Below are positions 47,762-57,124 of a stretch of DNA of 64,000 bases, piece after piece. Below the pieces are notes generated by a model that made no database searches, was not told where the DNA came from, and saw only the letters and a program-made list of their open reading frames with translations. The position numbers were made by a program, and so were the translations under genes. Origin of the DNA: a virus (taxonomy: Duplodnaviria > Heunggongvirae > Uroviricota > Caudoviricetes); the IMG/VR virus record IMGVR_UViG_3300037312_000757. One strand, written 5' to 3'. Position 1 is the stretch's first letter. Each line of letters starts with the position of its first letter.

Positions 47762-48940
47762 TCAGAACTTGTTGAAGTTCTCGACCTTCGGTTTGCCATC
47801 AACGAACCTAATGTCCAGGGTACTCAGGTGTCCATGTTTTCCACATCCTGTATCCAGGAAGATGGCTTGTCCACCCAGTTTCCCATGATGCACCAACGGC
47901 ATTTCAGTGCTGCGGATATCATGTCCTACAATAGCGACACTGTTCTGCGGCAACTTGTCAACCCAATTGTAAATGCGATTCGGGAAACCATCTTGTCTGC
48001 GCGGTGAAGTATTATCTACTTCACCAAACAAACACATTTCTTCAAACTTGCCAGACACTCGTTTCTCTGTGTTGGTCCAGATATCCGGGTGTACAGCGCC
48101 GTGAGTGAAAATAAAATTCTGTGCGATACGGTGGTTTCTCGACATGTTGACGAGACCTTTAAACCGTGACGTCCACTTTTCCCGCTCGCTTTCACTCAAC
48201 GACTCGATGCGGTTGGTTGTCATTTTGTTACCTTCACTCAGCTTGATATTGCCTTCAGGCTGTGTGACCCAACGGTAAATCTTCTTCTCATGGTTACCCA
48301 TGATCAGTTCTGCTTCGCCCCGCACAACGAGTCGATATGCTTCTTCAATCGTCTCCAGTGAGTCACGCCCATAATCGAGCAAGTCACCAGTGAGTTGAAT
48401 AAAGTGGTTTCTGCGCTGTGCCCAACGAATGACGTTGAGAAAAGCGTTCAACTGTCCATGCACGTCGGGGACAACAGTGATGCCTTCGTATCCGCGTGCG
48501 ATGACTTGCGCGAACAAGTCACTGTTATCGAGGGGAAGAATCACCTCAAATGAATCACGCTTGATGTCGATGACATCAGCAACCTTGTCACCCTGCTTGA
48601 GATCCTTGCGGACGTTCAAGTCGTCTACGAGATAGAAGACGTTCATGCCCTTGTTGGCCGCAATGCGTGCCAATGCGAGACGTGTGTCACGGCGAAGGTC
48701 AGGAACATCTACCACTACGCGTTCACCAAGCATAAGCTTAGTGGCTACTTCATGCTCAAGCTCCCGCATAAACAGCGCACGCAGGTCTGGACGGTCCCCA
48801 GGGCCTGTCATGCGTTCCTGCACGCGCTCGATACTGACAAGCTCGTGGCTAGGGAATTTAGCAGTGATATCAGCTGTATTGGCATCGACCAAAACAACTA
48901 AGCTATTCAACGGAATCTTTTTCATAACACATTGTGGCAT
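47762..48940 (-). CDS. Pnkp-like protein: degenerate kinase domain plus metallophosphoesterase
   Basis: DVHG, GDLLDYG, GNHE, THG, GHD, LDTG; the N-terminal kinase-like fold lacks GxxGxGKS. Confidence 0.75.
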   Translation of the reverse strand: MPQCVMKKIPLNSLVVLVDANTADITAKFPSHELVSIERVQERMTGPGDRPDLRALFMRELEHEVATKLMLGERVVVDVPDLRRDTRLALARIAANKGMNVFYLVDDLNVRKDLKQGDKVADVIDIKRDSFEVILPLDNSDLFAQVIARGYEGITVVPDVHGQLNAFLNVIRWAQRRNHFIQLTGDLLDYGRDSLETIEEAYRLVVRGEAELIMGNHEKKIYRWVTQPEGNIKLSEGNKMTTNRIESLSESEREKWTSRFKGLVNMSRNHRIAQNFIFTHGAVHPDIWTNTEKRVSGKFEEMCLFGEVDNTSPRRQDGFPNRIYNWVDKLPQNSVAIVGHDIRSTEMPLVHHGKLGGQAIFLDTGCGKHGHLSTLDIRFVDGKPKVENFNKF

Positions 48941-48974
48941 TTGCCAGTTGTTTAATCAAATACAAACGCCACAA

Positions 48975-49254
48975 ACAACGAAGGGGCGATTTTTGTCGCC
49001 CCTTCGAGAATTTTGTACAGCGTCGCTATAGTTTCACCTATAACTTACTCCCTTGGGGCTCATGATTGCGTGGATTTCCGGCGCAATCGTTCAATAGAAC
49101 AATTGTCTCACCGGATGCGAGCGCGTGTGCAAACTTCGCTGGCGCGATAACGCCCGAGCGTTGGGATGAATACATCATCTGCCACGCTTGGATGTTAGCT
49201 GCTGCTCGTTTAGCGGTTTCGCCCATTTCCAGATAGAGTCCTTTCACTTGAACA
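48975..49254 (-). ncRNA. Putative structured non-coding RNA (~280 nt)
   Basis: Own promoter (TTGACT-N16-TATCAT, 49287-49260), several stems and a terminator at 48979-49006; only a weak 69-aa ORF. Confidence 0.45.
48979..49006 (-). terminator. Intrinsic terminator
   Basis: CGAAGGGGCGA-(loop)-TCGCCCCTTCG followed by TTGTTTGT on the minus strand. Confidence 0.75.
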
Positions 49255-49296
49255 GCCAGATGATATTACTCCCTGGCTGTAAGTCAAGCTTTTCTT

Positions 49297-50616
49297 TTAT
49301 TTAACGAAGAGAGCGCGGAACTTGTCCACCAACTTAGCCCACTTAGCCTTCATCTTGTCCATAAAGCTCATGTTACGCACTGCTGCCTTGCGATATTCGA
49401 ACCACGACAAGTTGCCCCAGTAGTGACGAACCATATCGATACGAGGGCCGCTGTGCATATGAAGTTTGATGTGATGCATGATCGACTCAAGCACATCTTC
49501 ACCGCCGTACGCACGAGCGTAATAACCAGCATCTTCAGCCGATATACCAAACGCTGGATTCTTCACCACCTTCATGAAGAAATCCTTGCGAGTCGCGTAC
49601 TGAGTCTTCAGCTTTTCAACCGCATCAACAATACCTTGCGCGTAGTTGGCGACGTTCTGATGGAAATCAGCCTCGAACGCCATCAACGCTGCGCGGTTAG
49701 TCGAGTCCAACAGCGGCAAGTGATCATCAACTTTGCCCTCAACCACCAACTGAATGACGTCCTTCTCAGACTGCATCAGGTCAGTTGCATTGTGGCGGAA
49801 GCAGTACTCATCGCCCTTCAGCTTCACCATGTGGCCATCTTCAAAACGGATGATGTAGCCTTCCATGTTCTTGATGCCACGCACATACTTGATGAACGAC
49901 TTCAGATCGCGGGTGGTCTTCTGGAATGCGGCAACCACTGGAATATTGTGATGATTGCCAGCACGTAGCAACTCATCGTAGGACCAATACTCGCCAGACA
50001 CGTTATGGCGCGCCGCAGTCAGCACCAAAGCGTCTTCCGGGTAGTCGATCACAATAGGTTGCTTACGCGAACACCATTCGAAAATAGGCGTCACATTGAG
50101 GTTTTCGCATTCATAGACGAATGCTTTGTAGCCCAAGTCAGATGCATCAACAAACTCAGTTACCAGATCAGCAATTGGCGTCCAACCCATCATAGTACCC
50201 CAACGGATTGGATCCGTTGCGCCACGCTTATCAAACGGACGGACTGGTCGAAGCATTGACCCGTCAAGCTTCTCCAGCACTACGAACGGCTTCGTCATGT
50301 CGATGTTGTAATCAAGAACCTCTTCTCGTTCGTTGACGTTGAAGAACTTGTGGAAACCACGTGCGATAACTTGGCCAGTCTTTTCATCAAAGATCAGACC
50401 ACGACATTCACGCACGAGTTTTGATGCACGATCGACAACTTCATCGCCAGTCAAGTCAGAGAACAAACCACGGACATTTACCACATAGTCGAAGACTATG
50501 TAGCCATGGCCCGTGTTACGTTCGCAGAAGCATGGTGTTTGTACTCGAGCGTTGGCATCGAGACATGCTTGACGAACTTCGTCAATGGAAGTGATATGCG
50601 GGAATTGATAGTTCAT
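49297..50616 (-). CDS. rnlA: T4 Rnl1-like RNA ligase
   Basis: ECRGLIF, KFFNVNE, EKLDGS (motif I), FEW, EGYII, VKLK. Confidence 0.9.
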   Translation of the reverse strand: MNYQFPHITSIDEVRQACLDANARVQTPCFCERNTGHGYIVFDYVVNVRGLFSDLTGDEVVDRASKLVRECRGLIFDEKTGQVIARGFHKFFNVNEREEVLDYNIDMTKPFVVLEKLDGSMLRPVRPFDKRGATDPIRWGTMMGWTPIADLVTEFVDASDLGYKAFVYECENLNVTPIFEWCSRKQPIVIDYPEDALVLTAARHNVSGEYWSYDELLRAGNHHNIPVVAAFQKTTRDLKSFIKYVRGIKNMEGYIIRFEDGHMVKLKGDEYCFRHNATDLMQSEKDVIQLVVEGKVDDHLPLLDSTNRAALMAFEADFHQNVANYAQGIVDAVEKLKTQYATRKDFFMKVVKNPAFGISAEDAGYYARAYGGEDVLESIMHHIKLHMHSGPRIDMVRHYWGNLSWFEYRKAAVRNMSFMDKMKAKWAKLVDKFRALFVK

Positions 50617-50725
50617 GATTTATTCTTATTGTTATGACATGAGTCTAGCTTGCCAAATGCCAATCAGCAAGATAGCCATCGCTTAAGATGGCTACCTTAG
50701 ATTGCTACTTAATGCCTAGTAATCT

Positions 50726-51325
50726 TTACTTGCCCAGTTCGGCGCGGCTTGCGACAATCTTGTCGACAATGCCAAACTCGAGCGATTCCTGCGCTGACAT
50801 GAAGTGGTCACGTTCCATCAGCTTATAGACTTCGTCGTACGAACGGCCAACGTTGTCTGCGAGCATCTGAGTGAGAACCTTGTTCAGCTTTTCGGTTTCC
50901 TGGAACTGAATGCGTTGATCATGCACTGTACCGCGCGTGCCAGAACTGACGCTATGAATCATCACGCGTGCATTTGGCAGCGAAATACGCTTGCCTTTCG
51001 TACCTGCTGACAGGAATACCGAACCCATCGAGCAAGCTTGACCCATGACGATCGTGCTGACGTCATTCTTGATGAAGTTCATCGTATCGACGATTGCCAG
51101 ACCAGCAGTCACCGAACCACCCGGGCTGTTGACATACATGTAGATGTCACCATCGCCTTCTGCTTCGAGGTGCAGAAGCTGGGCAACGACGATGCTTGCC
51201 ATTGTGTCGTTCACTTCACCTTCGACGAAGACGATTCGCTCCGACAGCAAACGGCTGTAAATGTCCATCGATCGCTCACCGCGAGCTTCTTGCTTGACGA
51301 CCATCGGGACAAGTGAGTTTTGCAT
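50726..51325 (-). CDS. clpP: ATP-dependent Clp protease proteolytic subunit
   Basis: [34 protein letters not shown]. Confidence 0.95.
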   Translation of the reverse strand: MQNSLVPMVVKQEARGERSMDIYSRLLSERIVFVEGEVNDTMASIVVAQLLHLEAEGDGDIYMYVNSPGGSVTAGLAIVDTMNFIKNDVSTIVMGQACSMGSVFLSAGTKGKRISLPNARVMIHSVSSGTRGTVHDQRIQFQETEKLNKVLTQMLADNVGRSYDEVYKLMERDHFMSAQESLEFGIVDKIVASRAELGK

Positions 51326-51328
51326 GTT

Positions 51329-51652
51329 TTATTCCTGTGTGTTGTTTTTCAGATAGGCGTTCGAGCCATCCATGAGTTTAAACATAATGGCTTCGTTGCC
51401 ATCTTCGAAGAATACTACAAGCTTAGACTCGTAGTCATTTTTGTAGACGCCCCAGCGGCTTTCAAAATTCTCTGCGACATATTGGTCCATCAGGCCAACA
51501 AAGTCTTCACCAAATTGATGTGCTAGAAGAGGAACTTCTACTCTTTCCCAGTCACCTGGAAATGGACCTTTGATTTTGCGGTTGCCGTATGTTCCGAGAA
51601 TGTCAGAAGCATTCAACGTAACACCGGTAAAACGAACTGCGCGATCTTTCAT
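51329..51652 (-). CDS. Small protein of the AxxFKL family
   Basis: FFEDGNEAIMFKL motif. Confidence 0.65.
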   Translation of the reverse strand: MKDRAVRFTGVTLNASDILGTYGNRKIKGPFPGDWERVEVPLLAHQFGEDFVGLMDQYVAENFESRWGVYKNDYESKLVVFFEDGNEAIMFKLMDGSNAYLKNNTQE

Positions 51653-51761
51653 GTGAGTCACTGACTAGCGGGTTAACCTTCAGTGACTAATTATATAGAT
51701 TGGCAACCTTGCGTCAAGCTAAGGTTGCCATTTTGTGGTAAGAGTGGCAAGCCACTTCTTA

Positions 51762-51998
51762 TTATAATTCTTCTGGTGCGTCGTCTTGTTCAAATGGACG
51801 ATCCGGCACTTTGTAGAAGGTACCAATCAATCTTTCATTTAACGGGAATACTCCGTTAAGATGATTGAAATACAGTACATCATCCGGGTCTGATGAAATG
51901 TAAACATAACCACGCGGAGGACCTGGTCGGTCAATATAATACCAGCCAGTTTCCGTGACTTCACTTGCTTTCAGAGGTGGGCCGAATGTCATGTTCAT
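51762..51998 (-). CDS. Hypothetical protein
   Basis: Coupled to the NADAR gene. Confidence 0.55.
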   Translation of the reverse strand: MNMTFGPPLKASEVTETGWYYIDRPGPPRGYVYISSDPDDVLYFNHLNGVFPLNERLIGTFYKVPDRPFEQDDAPEEL

Positions 51999-52537
51999 AG
52001 CACAAACTCCTGAATGATGCGATCACGCGATCGTTCCAGTGACTTGCCCAGCAAATTGAGTACACCAGCGGGCCATGTGGCTTCATCCCAGGCACGAGGA
52101 TCGTTCTCTTCAAGACCAATACCCCATATGCGATCATAGGGGCTGGCTTCAACGATTTGCAGCGGATACGACAGGATAATGCCTTCACGCAAATCATCGA
52201 TCTGGCTGAACTTGGCATACGTGATTTCATCCATGATTCCTTCACGATTTGCCACCCATACGGCTTCGTCATAGTTCTGCACTTGACGACCAAGTGACTT
52301 GTGACCCCATTCGATCACTCGTCCGGTTTCTTTGTCGCGAATATCCCACGGATACTTGGCATCTAGAATGCGTTGAGCTGTCTTTGCGTCTCCGAACAAC
52401 TCAGCTTTCAACCACATCATTGTTTGTTCGGCATAATCAAACTTGATGCCACCAAGTGTAAAACTGGGTGTATATGCCCAGTTTGAATAAGCGTCTTCAT
52501 TACGCCAGAACAGCAACTTATTGTTCTTGATTAGCAT
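51995..52537 (-). CDS. NADAR (YbiA/DUF1768) family protein
   Basis: YSNW, EQTMMWLKA.LFGD, KSLGRQV, EASPYDRIWGIG, NLLGK. Confidence 0.9.
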   Translation of the reverse strand: MLIKNNKLLFWRNEDAYSNWAYTPSFTLGGIKFDYAEQTMMWLKAELFGDAKTAQRILDAKYPWDIRDKETGRVIEWGHKSLGRQVQNYDEAVWVANREGIMDEITYAKFSQIDDLREGIILSYPLQIVEASPYDRIWGIGLEENDPRAWDEATWPAGVLNLLGKSLERSRDRIIQEFVL

Positions 52538-52648
52538 GTCGCAGATGTTCCTTTAAGAACGCTCATGGTCAAATTAGAATCATGTATGAGCGTGCGGTAG
52601 GGGTGCGTTGATACGGGATACAGTTAATCGGGCCGTCGCGTTGGAACG

Positions 52649-52957
52649 TCATCCATTGCGTTTCCTTTCTTCTGCCTCGATCTTTAAAATATGACTCCCT
52701 TTGGTGGGTTCGTCCTCTAGCAAAAATCGTGTACCTTCATCTAGGTTCTCAGGCAATGGTTGTGCGTTTGCATAAAACTGCCTACGAATCTCGTCATCGT
52801 ACTTACCAGCAATCAAATCTTTGGTGAATTGTGCTGTGGCCCTGCCTTCTTTGGTAAAGCGGCTATGGAAGAAATGCAACACTTGCATACCCCAGCTCAT
52901 TACGATGACAGCAGCCCATACAATGCGTGATATACCTTCAGGCCGACGCATGATCAT
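52649..52957 (-). CDS. Hypothetical protein with an N-terminal hydrophobic segment
   Basis: AAGGAG RBS; promoter TTGCTG-N17-TATCAT upstream. Confidence 0.6.
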   Translation of the reverse strand: MIMRRPEGISRIVWAAVIVMSWGMQVLHFFHSRFTKEGRATAQFTKDLIAGKYDDEIRRQFYANAQPLPENLDEGTRFLLEDEPTKGSHILKIEAEERKRNG

Positions 52958-53020
52958 GATCAATTCTCCTTGTTGTTCATATGATACAATGACGTAGGGC
53001 AACCAGCAAGCGCCAAAAGG

Positions 53021-53049
53021 AAAACCCCGGGAAAGACTCCCGGGGCTTT
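53021..53049 (-). terminator. Intrinsic terminator
   Basis: CCCCGGGA/TCCCGGGG stem with a T run on the minus strand. Confidence 0.75.
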
Positions 53050-53074
53050 CGCCGCCCTACAACACAAAACCTGA

Positions 53075-54295
53075 TTACTTGCCCAGTTCGTAGTACGCGG
53101 TCAGGCCGAACGGAGCCGTGATGCTCGTCGTGCCGTGGATCACAAACAGCGTATCCACGTAGTTCTCGTCGCCCCAGCTACCGCCAGGGTAGCCGTCGGT
53201 GAACATCACAAAGCGATGCGGTTCAAGACCTTCTTCCTTCATGAAATCCCAGTTGCACTCGAACAGCGTGCCACCGCCACCTTGCGGTTCGTACTCGAGA
53301 ATTTCATCCAGGTTGTCATGCGTGAAGGTCTTCACGTTGTACACGCTCGTATCGAACGTCCACAGCGTCAGCTTGAAGTCCTTGAAGGTCTCCATGATGC
53401 CCTTCACTTCACCCAGGATATCGCGCAGCATTTCTTCCGTCATGGACCCCGACGTGTCGATCGCGATTGCGATGTCGATCGTGTTCATGTAGTTCATGCC
53501 CGGGAGGATCACACCAGCATTCCACGAACGCTTGTTGATCTTGCTGAACGTGAAGTCATCCTTCAACGCGCTCTGGATATGCGTATCCAGCAGTGCGCGC
53601 CAGTCCATCTTGGGTTGCGTGAACGCGTCGATCAAACGCTTCACACCGGCCGGCGTCTTGTCCGCACCAGCAGCCTGCGCAGCTTGAATCGTTGCCGCAC
53701 GAATTTCGTTGCGGATCTGATCCATGTCTTCCTGCGTCAGCTTCGGCGGGCCATCCTTGCCCATAACGCGCACTTCTACGCCACCGTCGCTGTTGCCGTC
53801 GCCGTCTTCATCACCTTCGCCGCCGCTGCCATCCAAGTGCATATCCAGCGGCATCTTGATGACCGTGCTGTTCTTCATCAGCAGCTCGTACACTTCTTCC
53901 GACGTCATCTCGTCGGTGTACTTGTCCGGCTCGTACAGCCCGCCCGTGGGCATCTTACCGACTTGCTCTTGATGAAGCGTATAGTTGACGATGTAGTCCG
54001 CGGCCATGTTGTGGATCTTGTGATCGCGGCCGCCCTTACGGCCCATGTGATCGTACACGCAGTGAAGCACTTCGTGACCGATCAGGAACAGCAGTTCAGC
54101 AGGAGTGAGGCCCTTGATGAACTCGCGGTTGTAGTAGAAGTGACGACCTTCAGTTGCCGCAGTCTTGCACCAGCTGGAAGCGTCGACCAGCTTGAGACGC
54201 GTGGCCAGGTTGCCGAAAAACGGCTTTTCAAGCAGCAGCTTCACCCGCGCCGCCACGATTGCTTGCACTACCGGATCGTCGAGATTCGTTGACAT
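53075..54295 (-). CDS. DUF2201-type metallopeptidase plus vWA domain protein
   Basis: HEVLH (HExxH), DTSGS (MIDAS), GGGGT, FTDG. Confidence 0.88.
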   Translation of the reverse strand: MSTNLDDPVVQAIVAARVKLLLEKPFFGNLATRLKLVDASSWCKTAATEGRHFYYNREFIKGLTPAELLFLIGHEVLHCVYDHMGRKGGRDHKIHNMAADYIVNYTLHQEQVGKMPTGGLYEPDKYTDEMTSEEVYELLMKNSTVIKMPLDMHLDGSGGEGDEDGDGNSDGGVEVRVMGKDGPPKLTQEDMDQIRNEIRAATIQAAQAAGADKTPAGVKRLIDAFTQPKMDWRALLDTHIQSALKDDFTFSKINKRSWNAGVILPGMNYMNTIDIAIAIDTSGSMTEEMLRDILGEVKGIMETFKDFKLTLWTFDTSVYNVKTFTHDNLDEILEYEPQGGGGTLFECNWDFMKEEGLEPHRFVMFTDGYPGGSWGDENYVDTLFVIHGTTSITAPFGLTAYYELGK

Positions 54296-54384
54296 TGTTT
54301 GTTTCACTCCTCTTAAAGTGTTCTTTCGTCTATTGTAGCACGAATTGGCTACGTTGCTACCTTTTTTCCACTAGCGTTGCGGGG

Positions 54385-54412
54385 AAAAAAATGGAGCGGG
54401 TTGCCCCGCTCC
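54385..54412 (-). terminator. Terminator after the MoxR gene, followed by an internal promoter for vWA
   Basis: GGAGCGGG/CCCGCTCC stem with a T run; TGcTACAAT -10 near 54332-54340. Confidence 0.65.
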
Positions 54413-54433
54413 CCAGGTGCAACCGCCCACACC

Positions 54434-55567
54434 TTAATTCATGATGAGATGCTTGTATTTGTCAGCAAACTTCTCGAAGTTCTTCATCGACTTTGCGTTG
54501 AAGCCCAGCTTGAACGTGCTCAGCGCGGTCTTCGCGCCCATCACGCAGATTTCAGGCTGGAAGTGCTCCAGCATGTAGCCGAGGAAGTTATCGGCTTGCT
54601 TCAGCCATGCTTCGTGCTGATCCTTCGGCTTGCCCGCCTTCGCGATCTTTTCCGCACCTTCGCGCAGCTGGTAGCACAGTGCCGTCGTCAGTGCGTAGCA
54701 CAGCGAAACGTCAACGCGCGTCAGCGCCGGGTTCTTGCCGTTCAGGATATCGTCCGGGTTCGGCAGGTCAGCAGCATTGCGACGGTATTCCATGAATTCC
54801 ACCGCGTTGCCGTCGCCGATCGCACCAGCAACCATGCCCGTCATGATCGTTTCCGGCAGATCCGGGTTACCATCGACGATGCGCGACACAAATTCCCACG
54901 AACGCGGCGTTGCAAAACCACGCGATGCCGACAGTGCTTCGAACTGGAACAGCTTGTTCTTGAATGCAGTCAGGAAACCGACCACGTCCTTGTTGAACTT
55001 GCTGTTCAGCGCGTGAACTTGCCAGTCGTCGAAGTCGTGACGCATTTCGAGGTGGACGAAACGGTTTGCCAGCGGAGTCGGCATACGGAACGTCACGCCC
55101 TTGTCCGTCTCGCGGTTACCAGCCGCCACGATCACGCAGCCTTCCGGCACCGTGTATTCACCCAGCTTGCGATCGAGCACCAGCTGATATGCAGCAGCTT
55201 GAACGCTCGGGGGCGCGCTGTTAAACTCGTCGAGCAGGATCATGACCTTTGCGTTCGGGTCATGCGGCAGTACCAGCGGGGCCGACCAACGCATGCCGTG
55301 CATTTCGACACCACCGATCACTTCCTTCACCGGGTACGGGATACCGCGGATGTCCGTCGGCTCCATCTGGGACAGACGAATATCGACGAAGCCCATGCCC
55401 ATTTCCTTTGCCACTTGCGCCAGCACAGCCGACTTACCGATACCCGGCGGGCCCCACAGGAACGGCGCAACCTTGGTCGGTGCGAGATGCTTGATGGACG
55501 CCGCAACTTCCGACGGCTTGAACGTGAAGGTTTGCGGTGCGTTTGCGGAGGACTTGCTCTTCGACAT
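54434..55567 (-). CDS. MoxR-type AAA+ ATPase
   Basis: GPPGIGKS, LLDEFN, AAGNR, LANRF, TPRSW. Confidence 0.9.
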   Translation of the reverse strand: MSKSKSSANAPQTFTFKPSEVAASIKHLAPTKVAPFLWGPPGIGKSAVLAQVAKEMGMGFVDIRLSQMEPTDIRGIPYPVKEVIGGVEMHGMRWSAPLVLPHDPNAKVMILLDEFNSAPPSVQAAAYQLVLDRKLGEYTVPEGCVIVAAGNRETDKGVTFRMPTPLANRFVHLEMRHDFDDWQVHALNSKFNKDVVGFLTAFKNKLFQFEALSASRGFATPRSWEFVSRIVDGNPDLPETIMTGMVAGAIGDGNAVEFMEYRRNAADLPNPDDILNGKNPALTRVDVSLCYALTTALCYQLREGAEKIAKAGKPKDQHEAWLKQADNFLGYMLEHFQPEICVMGAKTALSTFKLGFNAKSMKNFEKFADKYKHLIMN

Positions 55568-55648
55568 ACTTTTTGCTCCTAGTGTTTGGGCGGTTTATAC
55601 AACAATTTGTGTTTACTGCGTTTTGTGTTGCGTATCACAGTAATCGCA

Positions 55649-55677
55649 ACTCTACAGAGCAATGGCATGTTCGTCAA
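55649..55677 (-). promoter_or_regulatory. Sigma70-like promoter of the MoxR gene
   Basis: TTGACG-N17-TAGAGT. Confidence 0.55.
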
Positions 55678-55744
55678 GCGCTTTTATAAGCCATTCATGT
55701 TGCGGTTTTACAACACATATGGCGAGTTCGTTTGGCGAGGAAGC

Positions 55745-56170
55745 TTAGAGATCAGGCAGGAAGCTGTTCTTGTCGAACTGCAAACGGTATTTGGCTTCGA
55801 TCAACGTTTCGATTTTTCCGTCAGACAGGCGCAACATCATTGCCAGATCACTGTCGAACGTAGTGAACATCTTGTTGTTGATGAAGTAAGGAAGGGTAGA
55901 GACTCTATCTAGATAGAGGAGGTGTGGCAGCTTGACTTTGTAGCCTTCTGCCATAGGGATGTCATATCCTTTAAAGAAGGACTTCATGAGTTGAAGTCCA
56001 ACTTCAGACAACTTGAGACCCTTGGCTGAGCAAGGGTCACCGCGATAATTTTTGAAAATCAGTTGGCAGATTTCTTGCGTATCTTTACCGACAATCATGT
56101 TTTTCAACGGACTATCGGTCGCAAGTGATTGCGCAACCAACAATTCAGCTATCTTGGCCTGTATCGTCAT
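55745..56170 (-). CDS. Hypothetical protein
   Basis: Overlap-coupled ORF; LLYLDR..PYFI motif. Confidence 0.7.
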   Translation of the reverse strand: MTIQAKIAELLVAQSLATDSPLKNMIVGKDTQEICQLIFKNYRGDPCSAKGLKLSEVGLQLMKSFFKGYDIPMAEGYKVKLPHLLYLDRVSTLPYFINNKMFTTFDSDLAMMLRLSDGKIETLIEAKYRLQFDKNSFLPDL

Positions 56171-56465
56171 CTGGATCGATTTCGTTAACTAATTCACCTG
56201 CAGTCAACTTATAAACAGCAAACTGATCTGTCTTGAACAGCTTGTTGAGCTTTTCAGCCAGGTTGAATGCATGTCCAGGGTTACTGAAGGAAACCTTTTT
56301 GTACTTTGGGCCAGGATAGTTGACCAAACTATTAAGTGAGCGAAGATTGATTGGGCGACCTTCGTAAAAAACTGCGTAGATCGCGTCAGCTGCCAAAATT
56401 TGCTCGCTTTTGTAGGTCTTACTGTCAGTGTGGTTCAACAGAACGGATGGCTTAGGACGGCTCAT
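56145..56465 (-). CDS. Hypothetical protein (MSRPKP...YKKVSFSNPGHAFNLA)
   Basis: ORF with a late-type ATAAATA upstream (56505-56499). Confidence 0.75.
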   Translation of the reverse strand: MSRPKPSVLLNHTDSKTYKSEQILAADAIYAVFYEGRPINLRSLNSLVNYPGPKYKKVSFSNPGHAFNLAEKLNKLFKTDQFAVYKLTAGELVNEIDPDDDTGQDS

Positions 56466-56621
56466 ATTGCACCTATAAAGCAAAATTTCTATGTCATGTA
56501 TTTATGCGAAAGGATACATTTTGAAACACTCATGTTATCACCAAATGAATCTGTAAAAGTTGCTGAACCCCAGAAAAGACGAAAGCTCCCCAAGGGAGCT
56601 TTTATTCGGTCTAATACTCGA

Positions 56622-56885
56622 TTAGAAGTCTGCGTCGAAGTTGCCAGCTTGATGGCGAGCAACTACATCACTCTTGATCAGTTCCTGGTAACCACCAATG
56701 CGTTCACCATCAACGAAAATCTGCGGCACTGTGCGAACACCTGGGCCACACTTCTCGTAAAACGCCTTGCGTGCTTCTTCGTCATCGAGATTTACTTCTG
56801 AATACTCGATACCATTCTTCTTCAAGTATGCCTTAGCTTGTGTGCAGTAAGGGCAAATAGTCTTGCTATACACTACGACTTCCAT
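56622..56885 (-). CDS. Glutaredoxin
   Basis: CPYC, TVPQIF, IGGY. Confidence 0.93.
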   Translation of the reverse strand: MEVVVYSKTICPYCTQAKAYLKKNGIEYSEVNLDDEEARKAFYEKCGPGVRTVPQIFVDGERIGGYQELIKSDVVARHQAGNFDADF

Positions 56886-56893
56886 GTTTTCTC

Positions 56894-57121
56894 CTAAAAA
56901 GTACCGCCAGATACATGGATAATCTGTGGTTGAATCTTTGTAAGTTGATCCAGGAAGTCCTGGATCGCCACCTTCAAGTCTTCGCTTTCCTGCGCAGACA
57001 CGTAGGCAATGACTGCGAGCAGTTCATTGGCTTCGTGAATGCTTAGGCGAATTTCTTTGCTGTTGGTTGCGCTCGCATGTTTGATGCGAGTCGCGATAGT
57101 TTGAAGGATCGTTGTGTCCAT
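56894..57121 (-). CDS. Hypothetical protein
   Basis: ORF in operon. Confidence 0.65.
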   Translation of the reverse strand: MDTTILQTIATRIKHASATNSKEIRLSIHEANELLAVIAYVSAQESEDLKVAIQDFLDQLTKIQPQIIHVSGGTF

Positions 57122-57124
57122 GTA

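Noticed and set aside
52569-52652. 27-aa minus-strand ORF (MTFQRDGPINC...) overlapping the previous stop
   Set aside because: Too short and no supporting motif; may just be intergenic sequence
53135-55582. Long plus-strand ORFs of 385 and 401 aa
   Set aside because: They are antisense shadows of the vWA and MoxR genes caused by biased codon use; no motifs or RBS
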